A DNA stretch of 64,000 nucleotides, taken from Bdellovibrionales bacterium. Lineage in GTDB: Bacteria; Bdellovibrionota; UBA1018. The translations under genes were made by a program, and so were the position numbers. Under the pieces are notes generated by a model. That model was not told the origin of the DNA. It made no database searches and saw only the letters and a list, made by a program, of their open reading frames with translations. Location of the stretch: positions 711,414-775,413 of the forward strand of contig JAFEAP010000029.1 of NCBI GenBank assembly GCA_018266355.1, in the 5' to 3' direction. This document shows, in pieces, positions 59,415-64,000 of this stretch (positions within the stretch are counted from its first letter, which is position 1; each line of letters starts with the position of its first letter).

Positions 59415-60677
59415 TCAGTTCGTCGAGTTCTTCGGCTTTCTCACGGTCCATGCCTTGAAGCAATCGACCCGAGTGCTTTCGAGATCTCCGCAGGTCGGCC
59501 ACGTCGTCGCCGCCGGCTTGCCCGCGTCGTCCAACCAGGAGTGGCCGACGATGTTCAGTTCGGAGCCGTAGTACTTGATCGAGTCGCGGATCTTCTGGTA
59601 GTTCGCGGCGAGTTGGCCGACGACCCAGTTCATGTCCTTCGTCGCGTCTCGCGGCGAGGAGGTGATCTCGACCAAGCGAGAGACGGCTTCCTCGGAACCG
59701 AGCGCGTGGATGCGGACCATCGCGGACATCCCGTCGTCGACGACGAGTTTGAAGAGTTCCTGCGCGTCCGGGAAGCTTTGGCGGATACAACCCATCGACG
59801 CCGGGCGGCCGAGCTCGCCGTAGTGCGGAGTCGAGTGGATGAAGTAGCCGCCCTTGATCCAGAGGCCCCAGTACATCTGGGAGTTATTGTAGGCCCGCGA
59901 GCGGAGCCACGGGAAGGCGACCGGCACGGTGACCCGTTCGCCGGAGGCGTTCTTGAGCTTGCGGTCGTAGGCGATCGCGTCGAGGCGGTAGTTGCCCGCG
60001 GGAGTGGACTTCATCGAAAGGCGGGTCATCGCCTGGCCGGTCGCCGGATCGATCCGCGGTTTTCCGCTCGCGTCCTTCACGACGGTGGCGACCCGTTGCT
60101 CGATCGCGCCGGAAATGATGTAGGCCTTGAACGGCACGCCGTCGAGCGAAGCGACCGCGAATTCCTTCGCGGCGAGCGTCGCGTAGATTTTCTTCGCGGC
60201 GGCCGTGCGCTGTTCCGGGGTCAACCCTTCGTCGTTCGGAACGAGGACGGCGGTATACTCGTCGCGGAATTCGCCGAGTACCGGGCGTTTCGAGCTGCGG
60301 CGGAAGATGTCGACGTTCACGCGGAAGTCGCCGAAGTGTTCGGGCGAGACGGTCCGGGTTTGGGGAATGTTTTTCGTGAGCCCGAGGTCGGACGAGAACG
60401 GTTCGTCGTCGCCGGAAGGAAGACCGAGCTCGCGGGCGAATTCGTCGGGGGAAATTTCCTGGTTCGCGCCCGGAGCGATCGACGAGACGGAATTCGCGTC
60501 GCTCGGTTCGGCGAGGTCGGCGTCACCCGAAGCGGAAGCCGTCGGCGGCGTCGCGGAAGTGGAGTCGCGTTCGACGTTCACCGAACAGCTCGAGATCACC
60601 GCGCCGACGAGAAGCCCCGCCGTGAGCGAGGTCAGGGGATGGTTCTTCACGCGCAGGATCCACTTCAGCTTCAACAT
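59415..60677 (-). CDS. L,D-transpeptidase (YkuD domain) lipoprotein
   Basis: Catalytic HSTPHYGELGRPASMGCIRQ motif. N-terminal lipobox (VISSCS) followed by a long acidic linker. Confidence 0.85.
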   Translation of the reverse strand: MLKLKWILRVKNHPLTSLTAGLLVGAVISSCSVNVERDSTSATPPTASASGDADLAEPSDANSVSSIAPGANQEISPDEFARELGLPSGDDEPFSSDLGLTKNIPQTRTVSPEHFGDFRVNVDIFRRSSKRPVLGEFRDEYTAVLVPNDEGLTPEQRTAAAKKIYATLAAKEFAVASLDGVPFKAYIISGAIEQRVATVVKDASGKPRIDPATGQAMTRLSMKSTPAGNYRLDAIAYDRKLKNASGERVTVPVAFPWLRSRAYNNSQMYWGLWIKGGYFIHSTPHYGELGRPASMGCIRQSFPDAQELFKLVVDDGMSAMVRIHALGSEEAVSRLVEITSSPRDATKDMNWVVGQLAANYQKIRDSIKYYGSELNIVGHSWLDDAGKPAATTWPTCGDLESTRVDCFKAWTVRKPKNSTN

Positions 60678-60832
60678 AGGCAGCGACCTCGAGGGGGGAG
60701 GGGTTCAGAGTTAAGACACACGAAGCGCGGCTGTTTTATAATATCCGACTAATTTTGTCTAACATTAATTCGAGTTAATTACTCGGTTTTAAAGGAGCAG
60801 AAAACTCCTGAAAACCCTTTTAATTTCAATAA

Positions 60833-61717
60833 CTAACGAACGAGGAGCTTCGGACTCGATCGGGCCAGTTTACGGAACTCGAGCATCTGCCGAACGAAGG
60901 TCCCGACGTGTTCGAGATAGAAGGCGTTCGGCCCGTCGCTCTTCGCGACTTCCGGACGAGGATGGCACTCCATGAAGAGGCCGTCGGCTCCGGCCGCCAT
61001 CGCCGCGCGCGCGAGAACCTCGATCATCTCGCGCTTTCCGCCGGTGGATTTCCCGCCGGCGCCCGCGCCCGGAGATTGGACCGAGTGGGTCGAGTCGTGG
61101 ATCGTCGGCACGCCGAAACCGGACATGACCTGGAAGCTCGTCATGTCGACGACGAGGGCGTTATAGCCGAAGCTCGATCCGCGCTCGGTAAGGCAAAGCC
61201 ACTCCGGTTTACCTTTCACGCCGATTTTTTCTTCGACCGCGCGCGCCTTATCGACGATGTTTTTCGCGTCCCAAGGCGCGAGAAATTGGCCCTTTTTCAC
61301 GTTCAAACGGCGGCCTTTCCGCAGCGCCGCCTCGGCGCCGGCGACGATCAGGTCGGTCTGTCGGCAAAGAAACGCGGGAATCTGCATGAAGTCGACCACG
61401 TCGGCGACCGGCTTCGCCTGATCGGGCGTATGGAAATCGGTGAGGATCGGCAGTCCCGTTTTCGCGCGGACTCGGTCGAGGATCTTCAAGCCGAGCTCCA
61501 TTCCCGGTCCCCGGAAACCGTCGATCGAGGTGCGGTTCGCCTTATCGAAGCTCGCCTTGAAATAGAGCTGGATTTCGCCCGCCGAGATCAGGGTCCCGAG
61601 TTGGCGTTTCAGCTCGGAGGCGATCTCGAACACGATCCCGGTATCGAGGGTCTCGTCCTCGATCACGCACGGGCCGGCGATCAGGGTCATCGGGGTATTC
61701 GTCGATTTCGTCGTCAT
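60833..61717 (-). CDS. kdsA: 3-deoxy-8-phosphooctulonate synthase
   Basis: 294 aa; LIAGPCVIE, KASFDKANRTS, HDSTHSVQ motifs. The track ORF extends upstream spuriously across the divergent kdsC start. Confidence 0.95.
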   Translation of the reverse strand: MTTKSTNTPMTLIAGPCVIEDETLDTGIVFEIASELKRQLGTLISAGEIQLYFKASFDKANRTSIDGFRGPGMELGLKILDRVRAKTGLPILTDFHTPDQAKPVADVVDFMQIPAFLCRQTDLIVAGAEAALRKGRRLNVKKGQFLAPWDAKNIVDKARAVEEKIGVKGKPEWLCLTERGSSFGYNALVVDMTSFQVMSGFGVPTIHDSTHSVQSPGAGAGGKSTGGKREMIEVLARAAMAAGADGLFMECHPRPEVAKSDGPNAFYLEHVGTFVRQMLEFRKLARSSPKLLVR

Positions 61718-61769
61718 GCGCCTAGGTGTATCCCTTGAAAAGCATTCGGAAAAGCGAAAGGATCGAGGA

Positions 61770-62318
61770 ATGACGAATCTCCCGGGCGCGAGCCTTTCCG
61801 CGAAACTCCTCCAAACCCCCGAAATCCAAGCCCGGCTGAAAAAGATCAAACTCCTGCTCCTCGACGTGGACGGGGTCATGACGGACGGCCGCATTTTCTG
61901 GATCGAGAGCCAGGGTTGGACCCGCCAGTTCAACGTGAAGGACGGGTACGGACTCAAGCTCCTCATGGCCGCCGGCATCCAGGTCGGAATCATCTCGGGC
62001 GGCAAATCGAAAGACGTCGAAACCCGCGCGGCGTTCCTGAAAGTCCACCACGTTTTCCTCGGCGACGAGAACAAGATCGTCGCCTTCGATAAGATCGTCG
62101 CGGCCACGGGTCTTAAACCCGACGAGATCGCCTTCGTCGGCGACGACCTCTTCGACATTCCCGTGCTCGAGCGCGTCGGGTTCAGCGCGACCGTTCCGCA
62201 CGCCGTGAACCCCGTGAAGGAACGCGTGCACTACATCACCGAGACCGAAGGCGGCGCGGGCGCGGTCCGCGAGGTCGCGGACGCGATCCGCAAAGCCCAG
62301 GGGCACGGACCTTACTGA
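61770..62318 (+). CDS. kdsC: KDO 8-phosphate phosphatase (HAD family)
   Basis: LLLLDVDGVMTDG HAD motif I, GDDLFD motif; start chosen at MTNLPG with AGGA RBS. Confidence 0.85.
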   Translation: MTNLPGASLSAKLLQTPEIQARLKKIKLLLLDVDGVMTDGRIFWIESQGWTRQFNVKDGYGLKLLMAAGIQVGIISGGKSKDVETRAAFLKVHHVFLGDENKIVAFDKIVAATGLKPDEIAFVGDDLFDIPVLERVGFSATVPHAVNPVKERVHYITETEGGAGAVREVADAIRKAQGHGPY

Positions 62319-63139
62319 TGGCCGCGAAAATGCGAGCGAAAAAGCGGTCCAAGAAACCGGAGAGGTGGGTCGTCAAGGCCGGCTCGAACATGATCTGCTC
62401 CGGCGGTCCGATGCTCATCCGCGCGTGGATGCAGCAGGTGGCGCACCTCCGGAAGCGGAACCGGATCGAAGTGATTTGGGTCACCTCCGGCGCGATCGCG
62501 ACCGCGGTCGATTTCCTGAATGAACCGATGAAGGCGAAACGCACGGTTACGCAGAAGCAAGCCCTGGCGGCGATCGGACAGCCCCTCGTGCTCGATCTCT
62601 ACACGATGGGCCTTCGCGCGCAGGGGCTCGGCGCCGCGCAGGTGCTCCTCACTTACGAAGACCTCGCCGACGGAACCCGTCGCGAAAATTTCCAAAACAC
62701 GATCGAGCAGCTCCTCGACTGGAAGATCACGCCGGTCCTGAACGAGAACGACGCGGTCGCGACCCAGGAAATCCGCTTCGGCGATAACGATTCGCTTTCC
62801 GCGCGCGTCGCCCGTGCCGTCGGTGCCGATCGCCTCGTGATCCTCACCGACGTCGAAGGACTCTACGATTCCGACCCGCGGAAGAACCCGACCGCACGTC
62901 TCGTTCCGGAACTCCGGAGCGTTTCCGCGGGCCAAATCCGGAAGCTCGCGAAGGAGTCGAAGGGCGGCACCGTGCGCGGCACCGGGGGAATGCTCTCGAA
63001 ACTCATGGCGGCGAAGCTCGCCTCCGACAGCGGCGTCCGGACCCACCTCGTGAAGGGCGACGAGACGAACGTCCTCGTCGAGCTAGCGGCCGGCGTGAAC
63101 GTCGGAACGACCATCCACTCGCGGAAGAAACGCCGATGA
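62318..63139 (+). CDS. proB: Glutamate 5-kinase (short form, no PUA domain)
   Basis: Amino-acid kinase fold (VVKAGSN, GTGGMLSK). TGATG overlap with kdsC. Confidence 0.9.
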   Translation: MAAKMRAKKRSKKPERWVVKAGSNMICSGGPMLIRAWMQQVAHLRKRNRIEVIWVTSGAIATAVDFLNEPMKAKRTVTQKQALAAIGQPLVLDLYTMGLRAQGLGAAQVLLTYEDLADGTRRENFQNTIEQLLDWKITPVLNENDAVATQEIRFGDNDSLSARVARAVGADRLVILTDVEGLYDSDPRKNPTARLVPELRSVSAGQIRKLAKESKGGTVRGTGGMLSKLMAAKLASDSGVRTHLVKGDETNVLVELAAGVNVGTTIHSRKKRR

Positions 63140-64000
63140 CGGAAGCCGCGTCGACGACCGCGCTCTCGAAGGAGCTCGACGCCGCTCTCGAGCGGACGCG
63201 CGCTTCCGCGCGTCGCGTGCGCTCGTCGACCGCCGAGGCTCGGAACCAGGTCCTTCGCGCCCTCGAGAAGAAGCTCGGTTCCGAATCCGCGGCGATCCTC
63301 ACGGCGAACGCCCAGGACCTCGCGGCCTTTCCGAAGGACGGCACCGCGGCCTTCCGCGACCGACTCACCCTGAACGCGGAACGGATCGCGGGCATGCGCG
63401 AGAGTCTCCGCCAGGTCGTCGCGCTCCCGGATCCGGTCGGCGAAGTCGTCGAGGAACGGATCTTGAAAAACGGATTGAAGGCGCGCCGAGTGCGCAGCCC
63501 GCTCGGCGTGATCCTCATGATCTTCGAGTCGCGGCCGAACGTCGCGATCGAGGCGTTCTCGCTCGCGCTCAAGTCCGGGAACGCCCTCGTCCTGCGGGGC
63601 GGGAAGGAATCGCGGGCGACGATCTCGGTGCTCTATCGATTGATCGGCGAGACGATGGCCGAGGGCGGATTGCCCGCCGAGGGGTTCCTCGGGATCGCGG
63701 ATCCGGATCGGGAAATCGTGAAGGCGCTCCTGGCCGAGAAGGAACGGATCGACGTCGTCGTTCCCCGGGGGGGGGACGGACTCATTTCCTTCGTCGTCGA
63801 GAACGCGCGGATGCCGATCATCAAGAACGACCGCGGTTTGTGCCACGTCTACGTCCACTCGGACGCGGACCTCGTGAAGGCCGCCGCGATCGTCGAGAAC
63901 GCGAAGGTCCAGCGTCCCGGCGTCTGTAACTCGCTCGAAACCCTGCTCGTGCACGCGTCGATCGCGAATCCGTTCGTGCGGGAACTCGCGAAGCGTCCGG
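63136..64000 (+). CDS. proA: Gamma-glutamyl phosphate reductase, 3' partial
   Basis: ATGA overlap with proB. ProA N-terminal region. The frame is open to the window end. Confidence 0.9.
   Translation, partial: MTEAASTTALSKELDAALERTRASARRVRSSTAEARNQVLRALEKKLGSESAAILTANAQDLAAFPKDGTAAFRDRLTLNAERIAGMRESLRQVVALPDPVGEVVEERILKNGLKARRVRSPLGVILMIFESRPNVAIEAFSLALKSGNALVLRGGKESRATISVLYRLIGETMAEGGLPAEGFLGIADPDREIVKALLAEKERIDVVVPRGGDGLISFVVENARMPIIKNDRGLCHVYVHSDADLVKAAAIVENAKVQRPGVCNSLETLLVHASIANPFVRELAKRP

Noticed and set aside
1-64000. Searched by eye for tRNA/rRNA genes, CRISPR repeats, transposase/integrase genes, prophage or toxin-antitoxin pairs
   Set aside because: None found. The intergenic regions are short, 217 bp or less apart from 31475-31764. 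They contain only promoters, hairpins or palindromes.

Overview
This 64-kb window is high-GC (roughly 65%), gene-dense chromosomal DNA from a Gram-negative bacterium. The gene content suggests a delta-proteobacterial, predatory or gliding-type lineage (Bdellovibrionota/Myxococcota-like), but this cannot be verified without a search. The clues are a complete type IV pilus machinery, a FliL-like gene, bactofilin, a FrzS/RomR-like pseudo-receiver coiled-coil protein, PilZ and GGDEF genes, and a DUF4423 gene.

Most of the window is core genome, in this order:
- pilD, a small membrane ORF, pilMNOPQ and a translationally coupled TPR gene;
- efp and accBC;
- a TPR-like gene, a TamB/AsmA-family giant and an Omp85/BamA gene;
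- a GT87-like membrane glycosyltransferase, then rplM-rpsI;
- a CHASE2 histidine kinase with a sigma54 response regulator;
- a TrhO-like rhodanese, a class A PBP and alanine dehydrogenase;
- an M16 peptidase pair, kdsB-pyrG, an L,D-transpeptidase operon, kdsA, and kdsC-proB-proA.

Genes in operons are very often coupled by 1- or 4-nt stop/start overlaps (TGATG or ATGA).

Several segments look accessory or unusual:
- a lower-GC island (about 19.86-22.57 kb) with two divergent Cys-rich secreted proteins;
- a block encoding PilZ, a secreted ParB-like nuclease, a DUF1704 (MATCAP-like, QEGLA) metallopeptidase, a parvulin PPIase and a metzincin;
- a DUF4423-like regulator with two small secreted proteins;
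- an HTH_34 regulator that lacks a canonical start codon and has a perfect palindromic operator upstream;
- a secreted protein with an 18-nt tandem HPVPAP repeat;
- a putative polarity and c-di-GMP block: bactofilin plus a membrane partner, a pseudo-receiver coiled-coil protein, REC-GGDEF and a metallophosphoesterase.

I saw no rRNA, tRNA, CRISPR array, transposase or integrase. The many long antisense ORFs are treated as high-GC artefacts. Coordinates follow the supplied ORF track. Start codons were refined by amino-acid offset from the track ends.
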